Below are positions 18,168 to 29,178 of a DNA stretch of 64,000 bases, one piece after another; the first letter of the stretch is position 1, and each line of letters begins with the position of its first letter. The position numbers and the translations under genes are program-made. The notes beneath the pieces are model-generated. The model was not told the origin of the DNA, made no database searches, and saw only the letters and a program-made list of their open reading frames with translations. Origin of the DNA: an uncultured Gammaproteobacteria bacterium (GTDB lineage Bacteria; Patescibacteriota; Microgenomatia; Levybacterales; UBA12049); assembly GCA_964416445.1 (NCBI GenBank), contig CAYQEE010000001.1, positions 67,676 through 131,675 on the forward strand. The letters are read 5' to 3'.

Positions 18168-19481
18168 ATGAAACAATCATTATTTTCATTTGCTCAGAAA
18201 ATTCTCAAAATAGAACTTATTAATGGAAGTTTAAACATCATGATTGCTTCCAATCTCAGTAATGCTTTTGCATTTTTTTTTAATATATTTCTGACACGAA
18301 AATTAACTCATGCTGATTATGGAATATATATGTCACTTATCTCGTTTATTGGATTAGTAACGATTCCCTCTCAGTCGATTACCATGCTATTAGTGCAATA
18401 TACGACACAATTTTTCAGCAAAAAGCAAACAAACAAAGCAGCTCGTTTGTATAGTATAAGTTTACGCTATTTAACTTTTTTGAGCTTCATCGTATTTTTA
18501 CTTTTTTTAAGTTTCTCAAAATCATTTGCAAATTTTCTTCATATTCAAACACTAACATTTTTGTGGATTACTGGTATTGTTATATCCTTATCTTTTTTTA
18601 GTATTGTTAATAATGCATTTCTTCAAAGTCTCCTTAAGTTTAATTTTATGGCCTGGATGGGAGTTGCTGCTACTCTCTCGAGAATTCTCGTAGCGACTGT
18701 GTTTTTACTTCTTGGTTTTCAAGTCTTTGGAGTATTATGGGGGGTACTGATAGGTGCAGTCGTTCAGGTATGTCTCAGTTTTTATCCGTTGCGATTTCTT
18801 TTTAAAAGTACTTACGAAAAAATATCACTTTCAAAAAGAGATTTACTATCATATGCTCTATCAGTATCTGTTATAGGTTTTGCGCTCACATCATTTACAT
18901 CAACAGATATTATTTTAGTAAAACATTATTTTAATCCCACCGACGCAGGTTTATATTCAATACTTTCTTTAATTGGAAGAGTTATTTTTTACTTAACTGC
19001 TCCAATTTCAACTGTTCTTTTTCCGCTCATTATTAAAAAATTTCATCAGGGAAGCGATTTTCTAAAAACATTTTATTTGGCTTTAAGTCTTGTTCTCTTG
19101 CCTTCTATGCTGATAACTGGCTTTTATTTTCTTTTTCCAAGATTTACTCTTCTTATTTTTCTCGGAGGAAAGAGTGACGCTCATTTAATTCCTTATGTTG
19201 GATTAATGGGGTTATATTTAAGTATTTTTAGTTTACTTAATGTTACAGTAACTTTTTCTCTATCTCTGAAAAAAATTAAAATAGTATATCCTTTAGTTGT
19301 TGGCGCTGTTGCTCAGATTGTTGCTATTTCATTATTCCATACAAATTTCTTTGAAGTTATTTTTTCATCTTTGCTTATCACCAGTATACTTCTTATTTCC
19401 TTTTTGTTATATTATGGTAAGAATTATGGCTCAGGAAAAGTACAGAAAACACAAGTTCTCCTTAATAACTCTACTTTATAG
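18168..19481 (+). CDS. Polysaccharide biosynthesis protein / oligosaccharide flippase (Wzx-like, MOP superfamily)
   Basis: 437 aa, about 12 hydrophobic helices across the whole length. Position inside a glycan locus. Topology only, no sequence signature. Confidence 0.55.
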   Translation: MKQSLFSFAQKILKIELINGSLNIMIASNLSNAFAFFFNIFLTRKLTHADYGIYMSLISFIGLVTIPSQSITMLLVQYTTQFFSKKQTNKAARLYSISLRYLTFLSFIVFLLFLSFSKSFANFLHIQTLTFLWITGIVISLSFFSIVNNAFLQSLLKFNFMAWMGVAATLSRILVATVFLLLGFQVFGVLWGVLIGAVVQVCLSFYPLRFLFKSTYEKISLSKRDLLSYALSVSVIGFALTSFTSTDIILVKHYFNPTDAGLYSILSLIGRVIFYLTAPISTVLFPLIIKKFHQGSDFLKTFYLALSLVLLPSMLITGFYFLFPRFTLLIFLGGKSDAHLIPYVGLMGLYLSIFSLLNVTVTFSLSLKKIKIVYPLVVGAVAQIVAISLFHTNFFEVIFSSLLITSILLISFLLYYGKNYGSGKVQKTQVLLNNSTL

Positions 19482-19541
19482 ACGAAAATTATTGGAAGCA
19501 CTTACAAACAGAAATACAATCGTGTAACCTACTAAATATTC

Positions 19542-20654
19542 ATGGATATATTAATTCTTAATTGGAAAGATGTTAAAAATCCTGAAGCTGGGGGAGCAGA
19601 AATTATAGCTTTTGAACTTGCAAAGCGCTTGGTAAAAGACGGAAATTCAGTAACGTTTTTCTCTCGAAGTTTTCCCGGTGCTCCATCAGATGAAATGCTT
19701 GATGGTATCAAGATAATAAGAAAGGGAGGTATTGTAAGTGTTTATCTTCATGCATATTTTTATTATAGAAGATTAAGACAAAAACCAGATCGAGTGATCG
19801 AAATGATAAACACCATTTGCTGGTTTACTCCATTCTATATTGCAAAAGATAAGCGATGTGCCTATTTGAATCAGCTTGCTAATGAAGTTTGGTATTATGA
19901 GTTTATTCTTCCATTAGCGGTTTTTGGGTATATTTTTGAGCGAATTGAATATCTTTTTTACAAAACAACACAATTTATCTGTTATTCAAAAAGTACAAAA
20001 GATGATTTAATAGGTTATGGCATTCCGTCGGAAAATATTTTTATCTTTCGGATAGGCATTGACCATAAACGCTATGTCAGTAGTAGTAGCAAAAATAAAG
20101 ACCCTTTATTCATTTTTGTTGCACGTTTAGTACCAATGAAACGAGCAGATTTATGTGTACAAGCAATGCAATATGTTGTTAAAAAATGTCCGGAAGCGCA
20201 GTTAGCGATTATCGGAAGAGGAAAATTAGAGATACCTTTAGAAAAATATGTAAAGAAACATAACCTTTCTGATCAGGTTACCTTTGTAACGAAAAATAAT
20301 TTTTTTATCTCTAAAAATGTAAATGATAGTAAAGTAAAACTTATGCAGAAAGCATGGGCGCTTGTATTACCTTCAATTAAAGAAGGATGGGGGCTTGTCG
20401 TTACTGAGGCTGGGGCATGTGCTACTCCTGCTATTGTTTCAAACGTTACTGGCCTTAAAGATTCAGTTATTGCAAATAAAACTGGTATCATTTTATCTAA
20501 TAGGCCTACTCCCCAAGAATTAGCGAATGCAATGCTTCAACTTATTGAGAATAAGTCATTACGACAGTCGCTTTCAATAAATGCTCATCAATATGCTCAG
20601 GAATTTACTTGGGAAAGAAGTTATCAAGAATTCAAAAGGATAATATTAAGATAA
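19542..20654 (+). CDS. Glycosyltransferase family 4
   Basis: PSIKEGWGLVVTEAGACATPAIVSN C-terminal GT-B motif. Confidence 0.75.
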   Translation: MDILILNWKDVKNPEAGGAEIIAFELAKRLVKDGNSVTFFSRSFPGAPSDEMLDGIKIIRKGGIVSVYLHAYFYYRRLRQKPDRVIEMINTICWFTPFYIAKDKRCAYLNQLANEVWYYEFILPLAVFGYIFERIEYLFYKTTQFICYSKSTKDDLIGYGIPSENIFIFRIGIDHKRYVSSSSKNKDPLFIFVARLVPMKRADLCVQAMQYVVKKCPEAQLAIIGRGKLEIPLEKYVKKHNLSDQVTFVTKNNFFISKNVNDSKVKLMQKAWALVLPSIKEGWGLVVTEAGACATPAIVSNVTGLKDSVIANKTGIILSNRPTPQELANAMLQLIENKSLRQSLSINAHQYAQEFTWERSYQEFKRIILR

Positions 20655-20710
20655 TTATCTGTTATGCGTGTCGGTTTTGATCTACAATTGTATATAAAGG
20701 TAAATAAAAA

Positions 20711-21532
20711 ATGAAAAATCCATTAGTTTCTGTAATTATCTCGACATTTAATAATGAAAAAACATTAGAAAAATGTTTAGAAAGTATTCATAAGCAAACG
20801 TATACACCAGTAGAAATAATTATTGTTGACGAATGGAGTAAAGACAAAACACAAGAAATTGCTAAAAAAAATGGAGCAAAAGTTTATCTTCATGGAAAAG
20901 AAAGAGCAAACAACAGAAATTATGGGATAGGTAAGTCTCAAGGGGATTATTATTTCTTTCTTGATTCCGATATGGAGTTAGAGAAAGATGTTATTCAACA
21001 ATGTGTTGCTCTTTGCGAAAATAAACAAGCTGATGCAATTGTTATTACAGAGAAGTCTATTGGAATCGGATATTGGGCAAAAGTTCGTGGGTTTGAAAGA
21101 ATATATAATAAGGGAAATAATTATGTTGAAGCTGCAAGGTTTTTTAAAAAATCAGTTATTGAGCGTATAGGAGGATATGATCCATCTATTGTTGGTGCAG
21201 AAGATTGGGATTTACAACAAAGGATTCTCACACATGGTTTTGTTGTTGATCGGATTTCCGCATATATCATTCATCATGAAGGGAATATCAATTTAAATAA
21301 ATTACTGCGGAAAAAAATGTACTATGGAAAAGCTTTTCTCTTATACAAAAATCGTTATCCGGAAGCATTTAAAAAATCGGTTATTCGTACGCAACTTTTT
21401 AAACATTGGTTTACTTTTCTCAAACATCCTAAATACGGAGTAGGTGTTTTTGTGCTAAAATTATTAGAAGGTTTAGCTTTGTTTTCCGGAATGCTCATGG
21501 CAAAGTTGGGATATGAACCACCACATTATTAA
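20711..21532 (+). CDS. Glycosyltransferase family 2
   Basis: VSVIISTFNNEKTLEKCLES ... IIIVDEWSKDKT ... FLDSDME. Confidence 0.75.
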   Translation: MKNPLVSVIISTFNNEKTLEKCLESIHKQTYTPVEIIIVDEWSKDKTQEIAKKNGAKVYLHGKERANNRNYGIGKSQGDYYFFLDSDMELEKDVIQQCVALCENKQADAIVITEKSIGIGYWAKVRGFERIYNKGNNYVEAARFFKKSVIERIGGYDPSIVGAEDWDLQQRILTHGFVVDRISAYIIHHEGNINLNKLLRKKMYYGKAFLLYKNRYPEAFKKSVIRTQLFKHWFTFLKHPKYGVGVFVLKLLEGLALFSGMLMAKLGYEPPHY

Positions 21533-22913
21533 AAATACAATGAAAATTAAGAAAAAATTATTTGAAGAAATCAAGAAACAAGATAAACCCATCCATATTG
21601 TTCTTATCGGTACAAAACCAGATATTATTAAACAAGCTCCTTTAATACAAAAATTGAAAGAAAAAGGTCACTATACAGTTGTTGTTCATTCAGGACAGCA
21701 TACCCAATTTAACTTATCGGGTGGAATTGAAGAAGAATTTGGTATTGTTCCTGATGTTAATTTGGGAATCCATGGAAATTTGTTTGAGCAACAATCACAG
21801 ATTATTCAGCGTTTCGGTTCTCTGCTAAGTGAGATAAAGCAATATAATAGAAAAATAATTCCTTATATTTGCGCTGATACAACTACTGCACTCGCGGCAG
21901 GTATCGCGTCTTTTGCAAATTTAATAAGCACGGCTCACGTGGAAGCGGGGTTGCGAACCATGTCGCCTCCAAAAGAGCTTACGTTAAGCCTTCTTGAATC
22001 ATCAACAAATCTTAAACAGTATTTCAAGGATTTACAAAAGAGTTCTTTATGGGAGAAGGGATCCTATGAACCATATCCTGAACAATTTGATACGAGAGCT
22101 GCTGGACCATCTGCAGGAATTCATCTTGCACCTGTTGACTTAAATAGAGAGCATTTGGAAAAAGAAGGATATGATCCAAAACGAATTTTTGTTGTTGGCA
22201 ATCTTGTGAGTGATGCATTACATATTATTCAAGAACGGGTAGAAAAAAGTACAATTTTTGAAAAATTTCCTATACTAGCAAAAGGAGATGCCATACGTTT
22301 TTGTATCCATAGACGGGAAAATATTACATCAATCCAGCGATTTATGGCAATATATGAAGCGATGGAACAACTTATTAAGGAGGGAAGACCAGTTGTTCTC
22401 ATTTCTTTAGGAGCTACCGAAAAAGCGTTCCAGGAATATGGATTAAAAAGTCATGTAAATGAATTAGCAAAAAAATATCCGCACTTTATTTATACACCAG
22501 TTCTTCCCTATTATTCAGATACTATTGCCATTATGCAAAAAAGTGCGTTGGTTGCGACAGATTCAGGAAGTATCCAGGAAGAAACCAATATGCTTGGAAT
22601 TCCTGGAGTTGTTTTGCGGTTTAATACCGACCGACCCGAAGCGATTTATTCAGGCGGTAATGTATTAGCCGCGCCAATGACAAAAGAATCAATACTTAAA
22701 GTTATTCACGCGGTGTTGGAAAATACTGAGCAAATAAAAAGTATGAGGGAATCACCGAAGTTATACGGAAAAAGTGTCGGCGAAGCAATGGTTAACATAA
22801 TTGAAAAAGCAATACAAGAGGACTCTCATTTTAATATTTTTGAATTTATGGAACATGAGAGACTAGGTCTAACAAAAAAACCTTTTTGGAAAAAAGAAAA
22901 AATAGTATGGTAA
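21513..22913 (+). CDS. UDP-N-acetylglucosamine 2-epimerase family protein (Epimerase_2) with internal insertion
   Basis: HVEAGLRT and YPEQFDTRAAG blocks (WecB: HVEAGLRT...PWPEEANR). About 60 aa inserted between them. 466 aa versus about 370 for typical WecB. The true start may be the Met at 21540. Confidence 0.65.
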   Translation: MNHHIIKNTMKIKKKLFEEIKKQDKPIHIVLIGTKPDIIKQAPLIQKLKEKGHYTVVVHSGQHTQFNLSGGIEEEFGIVPDVNLGIHGNLFEQQSQIIQRFGSLLSEIKQYNRKIIPYICADTTTALAAGIASFANLISTAHVEAGLRTMSPPKELTLSLLESSTNLKQYFKDLQKSSLWEKGSYEPYPEQFDTRAAGPSAGIHLAPVDLNREHLEKEGYDPKRIFVVGNLVSDALHIIQERVEKSTIFEKFPILAKGDAIRFCIHRRENITSIQRFMAIYEAMEQLIKEGRPVVLISLGATEKAFQEYGLKSHVNELAKKYPHFIYTPVLPYYSDTIAIMQKSALVATDSGSIQEETNMLGIPGVVLRFNTDRPEAIYSGGNVLAAPMTKESILKVIHAVLENTEQIKSMRESPKLYGKSVGEAMVNIIEKAIQEDSHFNIFEFMEHERLGLTKKPFWKKEKIVW

Positions 22914-23179
22914 GTTAAATATAGGTAAGGTTTTTATAATAGTAACTCTCCTTATCTTTAGTAATGTAATTCACCTCAATAGAAATACCCTTCCAATAGA
23001 TGCCTTTGTTTCAATCACATATAGTACAATACTTATCAATAAGAGTAACTAACAATATATAAGAGAATCAAATCAATACCTGTCGATGATTACACCAAGC
23101 TTGGTGAGTTATTGATGTAAGCTGATCCCAACAAAACGATTGTGATGCAACTGAATGAAGAGCAGTTTAATCACTAACA

Positions 23180-24049
23180 TTACTTTTTGCGTATAAATTT
23201 TATTGCAAAAGGTAATAACACGGCATAGGACAATGGATTCCTTTCTCGACGTATGAGATTATGACTGCTTATCAATCCATAAATAGCTTTCAACCACACA
23301 ATAATTTGCTTATTTTTTACTGATACAAAAAATGATTGCATGAAGAAGACTATGCTAAATGGAATTGCGAGAAACAGCGGGAAATATATCCACGTAATAA
23401 TAAGGAAATTTCTTGTACAATAATAGATAAATCGCGTACTTGTTCTGTTATTAGGTGATTCTCTATGATAAACAATAATATCAGGATAAAACCATATGTT
23501 TATTTTCTTTTGTAATGCTCGTAAGGAAAACTCAGTTTCATGTGCATAGACAAATATCCATGGAGCAAAATATCCAATTTTTTTAAAAACATTTTTATGG
23601 ATCGCAACGCCGCATCCCATAAAATTAAATGTTTTTTTAGGTATTGATTCATCGGTAAGCTTATATACACTTCTCTTATTAGCATAATTGATGACATTGC
23701 ATGATAAGATCATGCAATGTTTGTTAGTTGAAAACGCATGGTGTATTTTTTGTAACGTATTGGGGGAAGGATGTGAATCATCATCCAAAACAAGAATAAT
23801 GTCTCCTCTTGCTTTCTTAAATCCAACATTCCATCCTGAAATTCCTTCATTATTATTTTTGATATAGGTAACTTCGGGAAATTTTTTAGGAAGTAGTTTA
23901 TCTATTCCATCGGTGGATCCATTATCAACAACAATAATCTCATAATTTTTATAATTGCTCTTTCTGATATAATGAATAGACTTTACCACATCATTTTTTC
24001 GGTTATAAGCCAGGATACATATTGAAATAAGATTCGTGTTTTTCTTCAT
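23180..24049 (-). CDS. Glycosyltransferase family 2 with C-terminal TM segments
   Basis: ISICILAYNRKNDVVKS ... IIVVDNGSTDG ... VLDDDS. Confidence 0.75.
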   Translation of the reverse strand: MKKNTNLISICILAYNRKNDVVKSIHYIRKSNYKNYEIIVVDNGSTDGIDKLLPKKFPEVTYIKNNNEGISGWNVGFKKARGDIILVLDDDSHPSPNTLQKIHHAFSTNKHCMILSCNVINYANKRSVYKLTDESIPKKTFNFMGCGVAIHKNVFKKIGYFAPWIFVYAHETEFSLRALQKKINIWFYPDIIVYHRESPNNRTSTRFIYYCTRNFLIITWIYFPLFLAIPFSIVFFMQSFFVSVKNKQIIVWLKAIYGLISSHNLIRRERNPLSYAVLLPFAIKFIRKK

Positions 24050-24059
24050 TGATATCTTG

Positions 24060-25170
24060 TTATTTTTTTTCTAAACGATCAAAAAGATCAAGTGCATTTT
24101 TAAAGGCTTGATCCATATTAAAGTATTTATAATTTGCAAGTCTCCCTACAAAATAAATACCATTTTTTTCAAGTTTTTCTGATTCTTTTCGATACTTTTC
24201 ATAGAGTGCTCTATTTCGAGGATTCGGTACGGGGTAGTATGGTTCACCTTCTGAGGTGCTATATTCTCGTATTATTGTTGTTTGTGGATGTTTTTGACCA
24301 GTCGCGTGTTTAGGTTCATTGATTCTTGTAAAGGAACAATCGTTAGGATAGTTAATCTGCGCTCGGGATTGAAAGTATTCCATATGGAGCGTTTGATATT
24401 CAAAGCGTAACGATCGATATTGTAATTTATCTTTAAACTTATATTCAAAAAATCGATCTATGGGTCCTGTGAAAAAAAAGCTTTTCATACTGGGTGATTT
24501 TCTCTTTAATTTTAAAAAAATCAGTATCTAACCGTATTTCTATATTTGGGTGATTAAGCATATTTTGAAATATTTTTGTATAACCTTCTTTAGGCATAGC
24601 TTGATAGGTATCGGGGAAATAACGATCGTCAAAGGATGTATAGACGGGAATTCGGTTGAGTACTGACGCATCAAGGTCTTGAGGACTAAGATTCCACTGC
24701 TTAATTGTATAATTTTTAAACATTAATTCGTATAACTTTTCTCCTACTCTAGCCTTTGCAGATTCTTCGCTATTTTTAGGGAAAGCTATTTTTTTGGTAT
24801 TTTCCATAAGCCAATCCTTCATTTCTTTTTCGGAGGTAAGATTTATCTTAAAGAGAATATTAACCGTGTTAATATTCACCGGTACGGGTACTTGTATACC
24901 GTGAACACTACTTAATACACGGTGTTCATAAGGATGCCATTGCGTGAATTTCGAAATATATTTCCAAATGGTTACATCATTTGTATGGAAAAAATGAGGA
25001 CCGTATTTGGGAACTAATATACCGGCTGAATCAAGATAATCATAACAATTACCTCCTATGTGGTTTCTTTTTTCAAGGACTAAAATTTTTTTCTTACAAA
25101 TGTTTGCATAGCGTTCTGCTAATGTTGCTCCTGAGATACCTGCACCGACAATAATAATATCAAATTGCAT
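24060..25170 (-). pseudogene. glf: UDP-galactopyranose mutase gene interrupted by a frameshift in a homopolymer (A8 at 24472-24479, T8 on the coding strand)
   Basis: ORFs 24445..25170 (FAD-binding N-terminus IIIVGAGISGATLAERYA ... YGPHFFHTN ... DTYQAMPKEGYTKIFQNML) and 24060..24488 (TGPIDRFFEY ... YRSLRFE ... YPND ... GRLANYKYFNMDQ) are colinear with Glf. Removing one T from the T8 run joins them seamlessly (..YEKLFF-TGPIDRFFEY..). Confidence 0.75.
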
Positions 25171-25226
25171 AATGCTCTTTATTTTACACTATTGTTTTTT
25201 TTAGGAATAGAATCTATTATATTGGA

Positions 25227-25946
25227 ATGGAAGACATTCAGAAAATAAAAAAAATAGCAGATACTATTGATGGATTTTTGAGTCATTCTGAAGAGATGTT
25301 TCTCTATAATACGGCAAATAAAGCAAGTAAGAAAGGTGTTATTGTTGAAATAGGATCATTTAAAGGAAAATCTACCGTTTGGTTATCAAAAGGTTCTCTT
25401 GCGGGAAATAAGGTAAAAATTTATGCAATTGATCCTCATATAAGTAACTTAGAGCATAAAGATAAAAAATCCAGTTTACCTATATTTAAAGAAAATTTAA
25501 AAAAAGCATCAGTAACCGATATGGTACAAACAATTGTTGCGAAAGCTGAAGATGCAGTGAAAAAATGGGATAAACCAATTTCATTTTTATGGATTGATGG
25601 CGATCATCGTTATGAGGGTGTAAAAAAGGATTTTGATCTATGGTCCCCCTTTGTGATAGAAGGTGGGACAATAGCTTTTCATGATTCAACATATGGAGAT
25701 GTGCAGAAGCTTGTTGGAGAAGCTATAGTTAAAAAGGGATTTAAAAATGCTGGTTTAATTGATTCAATATCATATGCAGTAAAATCGAAAGATACATCCT
25801 TTTTTGATTTAATACGGTCAGAAGTTGTTTTTGGAATCAACTTGCTTCATAATCCTATCCGATCATTTATTCCCTTGAATAGAAGAAATAGTTTTAAACA
25901 ATTCCTTTCTAAAACTGGTATACCACTTTATGATTCCTTTTCATAA
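25227..25946 (+). CDS. Class I SAM-dependent methyltransferase (Methyltransf_24/CmcI-like), possible sugar O-methyltransferase
   Basis: VIVEIGSFKGKSTVWL (glycine-rich SAM motif I) and LWIDGDHRYEGVKKD blocks. Confidence 0.5.
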   Translation: MEDIQKIKKIADTIDGFLSHSEEMFLYNTANKASKKGVIVEIGSFKGKSTVWLSKGSLAGNKVKIYAIDPHISNLEHKDKKSSLPIFKENLKKASVTDMVQTIVAKAEDAVKKWDKPISFLWIDGDHRYEGVKKDFDLWSPFVIEGGTIAFHDSTYGDVQKLVGEAIVKKGFKNAGLIDSISYAVKSKDTSFFDLIRSEVVFGINLLHNPIRSFIPLNRRNSFKQFLSKTGIPLYDSFS

Positions 25947-26006
25947 CAGTTAGCTACAACAAGTATTTACAAAGATCACTCTTTTTGTTACGATTGGAAA
26001 AGTTTT

Positions 26007-27068
26007 ATGAAGCAAAAAACTGTCCTTATTACCGGTTCAGCAGGTCTTATCGGTTCAGAAGCTGCAAAGTTTTTTGCTGAACAAGGATTTTCTATTGTCG
26101 GTATAGATAATAATATGCGGCAATATTTCTTTGGTGAAGAAGCAAGTACAACATGGAATAAAAATAAGTTGCAAAAGACGCTCAAAGATAAATATATTCA
26201 TTATAATATTGATATTCGTGATAATAAAAAATTAGAAGAAGTATTTAAGAAACATACCTTTGATCTCATCATTCATACTGCAGCTCAACCCTCTCACGAT
26301 TGGGCAGCGAAAGAACCAATCACTGATTTCAGTGTCAATGCATTGGGTACATTATATATGTTAGAACATTATCGTAAATATGCTCCTGAGGCAGTTTTTA
26401 TTTTTACCTCAACAAATAAAGTTTATGGAGATACTCCCAATACCTTACCGTTAAAAGAATTGAAAACTCGTTATGAATTGCCTCAGGAGCATCATTTCTA
26501 TAATGGTATTGATGAGACAATGAGTATTGATAATACAAAGCATAGTATTTTTGGTGCATCGAAAGTAGCAGCGGATGTGATGGTACAGGAATACGGAAAA
26601 TATTTTGGGTTATCTACAGGAGTTTTTCGAGGTGGTTGTCTTACGGGTCCGTCACATTCTGGCACAAAATTACATGGCTTTTTGGCATATTTAGTGAAAT
26701 GTATTGCTACTGGGACAACGTATACTATTTTCGGATATAAAGGGAAACAGGTGAGAGATAATATTCATGCTGCAGATTTGATAAATGCGTTTTATCTTTT
26801 TTACCAAAAACCAACTTCAGGAGAAGCATACAATATTGGTGGTTCAAGATATTCTAATACGTCAATTTTGGAAGCAATTAGTAAAATTGAATCTATACTC
26901 GGAAAAAAAGCGAACGTTCTTTATAAAGATGAAAATAGGATAGGTGATCATATATGGTATATCTCAGATGTTAGTAAATTCCAAAAACAGTATCCAAAGT
27001 TTAATTTTACCTATAATAACGACAACATAATTGAAGATATCTGCCGCTTTGGACATTTTGATTTATGA
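26007..27068 (+). CDS. NAD-dependent epimerase/dehydratase, CDP-paratose 2-epimerase-like
   Basis: [25 protein letters not shown], YxxxK (FGASKVAAD), GNGKQVRD-like block ([16 protein letters not shown]) shared with RfbE/Tyv-type epimerases. Confidence 0.6.
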   Translation: MKQKTVLITGSAGLIGSEAAKFFAEQGFSIVGIDNNMRQYFFGEEASTTWNKNKLQKTLKDKYIHYNIDIRDNKKLEEVFKKHTFDLIIHTAAQPSHDWAAKEPITDFSVNALGTLYMLEHYRKYAPEAVFIFTSTNKVYGDTPNTLPLKELKTRYELPQEHHFYNGIDETMSIDNTKHSIFGASKVAADVMVQEYGKYFGLSTGVFRGGCLTGPSHSGTKLHGFLAYLVKCIATGTTYTIFGYKGKQVRDNIHAADLINAFYLFYQKPTSGEAYNIGGSRYSNTSILEAISKIESILGKKANVLYKDENRIGDHIWYISDVSKFQKQYPKFNFTYNNDNIIEDICRFGHFDL

Positions 27069-28009
27069 AAGTTTTCGTTACCGGAGGAGCAGGATTTATT
27101 GGTAGCCACTTTGTTAACACGTTACTCCAAAAAAAAAATGATGTAATTGTTTTCGATAATCTTTCGACAGGAAAAAGCGAATTTTTACCAGAGAAAAATG
27201 ATCATCTAAAATTTGTTCAAGCAGATATTCTGGACTATAGAAATCTTGCAAAAGCAATGCAAGGATGTACTACAATTTATCACTTTGCCGCAAATTCGAA
27301 TGTAAAAAAAGGAACACAAAATACCTACTTAGATTTACAACAGGGAATTATCGGAACGCACAATGTCTTAGAGGCAATGAAGGAAAATAATGTTAAAAAT
27401 ATTATTTTTTCGTCGAGCATGACTGTATATGGTGAGCCCAAAACTAAAACACTTGTTGAAAATTATGGCCCATGTTTACCTATCTCCTTATACGCGGCAG
27501 CGAAGTTAGGCGCTGAAGGATTACTTAGTGCTTATGCATCAATGTTTGGCATCAACGCATGGATTTTTCGTTTTGCTAATGTTATTGGTCCGCGGCTAAC
27601 ACATGGTGTAATTTATGATTTAATTCACAAGCTTTTGAAGAACAAAAATTATCTTGATGTACTCGGTGATGGCACGCAAACAAAACCATATATTTTTATT
27701 GATGACATTATTGCCGCGATACTGTTTACCGTTGACGCTTCATTTGAAAGAGTAAATCTTTATAATATCGGTGTTAGAGATACCATTTCAGTAAAAGATA
27801 TTGTCTCAATTATTTTACAAAAGATGCATTTAAGTCAGACACAAGTTCATTATGCAAAAACAAAATATGGATGGGTAGGGGATATACCACAATGCGACAT
27901 GGATATTTCTAAACTGGCTCAGCTTGGATTCGTTCCAAAATATTCTTCAAAACAAGCAGTTGAAAGAACGGTCGAAGCCTTGCTTAAGGAAGTGGGATAT
28001 GCAGAATGA
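27065..28009 (+). CDS. NAD-dependent epimerase/dehydratase (UDP-sugar 4-epimerase-like)
   Basis: [30 protein letters not shown]. Confidence 0.7.
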   Translation: MKVFVTGGAGFIGSHFVNTLLQKKNDVIVFDNLSTGKSEFLPEKNDHLKFVQADILDYRNLAKAMQGCTTIYHFAANSNVKKGTQNTYLDLQQGIIGTHNVLEAMKENNVKNIIFSSSMTVYGEPKTKTLVENYGPCLPISLYAAAKLGAEGLLSAYASMFGINAWIFRFANVIGPRLTHGVIYDLIHKLLKNKNYLDVLGDGTQTKPYIFIDDIIAAILFTVDASFERVNLYNIGVRDTISVKDIVSIILQKMHLSQTQVHYAKTKYGWVGDIPQCDMDISKLAQLGFVPKYSSKQAVERTVEALLKEVGYAE

Positions 28010-29178
28010 GACAAGTTACAAAGAAATTACACATTTTACTTCTTTCTTTTATTTTTTCTCCAAATATTGGAGGCGTTGAATCTCATTTAGATGATCTTTG
28101 TAGTGACCTTGCGAAGAAAGGATATCAGATAACCGTTATAACCTATCAACCGCTCTTGGCTAAAGTAAATGCATCATCATATGAAAAAAAAGATCATTTT
28201 GAGATTTATCGTATACCATGGATAAAGTTTAATTTATTTAATCGACTAGAGAAATTGCCGATTTTACAGATGGTTTATTTGGTTCCTGCGATTTTTTTAT
28301 ATACCAGTAATTATTTAATAAAAAAACATAAGGATATTGATGTTATACAAACTCATGGATTTAATATGGCTATTGTAGGTTTTCTATTATCCTCAATTTT
28401 TCATATTCCTTTTACCGTTAACACGCATGTATCTTTTTATTTTAATAAATCATCTCTCTATGCTAAGGTTCTTACCTATATTCTCAATAAAGCTCGGTTT
28501 GTGCTTGTTCTGACAAAAGAATCGCAAGGGCAATTACGGAAGATCGGTGTCAAAAATGAAAAGATACTTGTCTATCATCAATGGATTGATACAAAGCTAT
28601 TTATTCCAAAAGACAGAAAAGTTGTAAGAAAACGATATCATATACCTGAAAGTACATTTATTGTATTGTTTACTGGTAGGTTGATTCCCGCAAAGGGAAT
28701 ACCATTAATCCTTGAAGCTGCACAAAAAGTGAAAAAAAATATTCTATTTGTTATCGTCGGTTCAGGAGAGATGAAAGATGTGATTGCAGAGAAAGAAAAA
28801 AATCTTGCTACACTCCGATTTATTGGTCAAGTGAAAAGAGAAGAACTTCCCTTATTATATTCTGCTGCAGATATTTGCTTGTTTCCCTCACTGCAGGCAA
28901 CAACAACATACGCAGAAGGAATACCGCGAGTTATGATAGAAGCTCTCTCATGTGGAACACCACTTATAGCGACAAAAACAGGAGGTGTCAGTGAGGTTAT
29001 TAATAAAAATGTAGGATTTTTTGTTGCTCCAGATAGTAATGAAATTGTTCAACTTGTTGAATATCTTTCTAACAAGCGATCCATGTTGCAAAATATGAGA
29101 AAAACATGTATTACCTATGCCTTGAAAGAATTCGATAGACAAAAGAATGCAGATATTATTGAGAAAAGTTTCATATGA
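28006..29178 (+). CDS. Glycosyltransferase family 4
   Basis: N-terminal Glyco_trans_4-like region plus C-terminal EGIPRVMIEALSCGTPLIATKTGG. Confidence 0.7.
   Translation: MRQVTKKLHILLLSFIFSPNIGGVESHLDDLCSDLAKKGYQITVITYQPLLAKVNASSYEKKDHFEIYRIPWIKFNLFNRLEKLPILQMVYLVPAIFLYTSNYLIKKHKDIDVIQTHGFNMAIVGFLLSSIFHIPFTVNTHVSFYFNKSSLYAKVLTYILNKARFVLVLTKESQGQLRKIGVKNEKILVYHQWIDTKLFIPKDRKVVRKRYHIPESTFIVLFTGRLIPAKGIPLILEAAQKVKKNILFVIVGSGEMKDVIAEKEKNLATLRFIGQVKREELPLLYSAADICLFPSLQATTTYAEGIPRVMIEALSCGTPLIATKTGGVSEVINKNVGFFVAPDSNEIVQLVEYLSNKRSMLQNMRKTCITYALKEFDRQKNADIIEKSFI

Noticed and set aside
22914-23179. 267-bp non-coding gap between convergent genes as a possible small RNA or terminator region
   Set aside because: No stable stem-loop, T-tract or conserved structure recognisable by eye. 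AT-rich spacer only.
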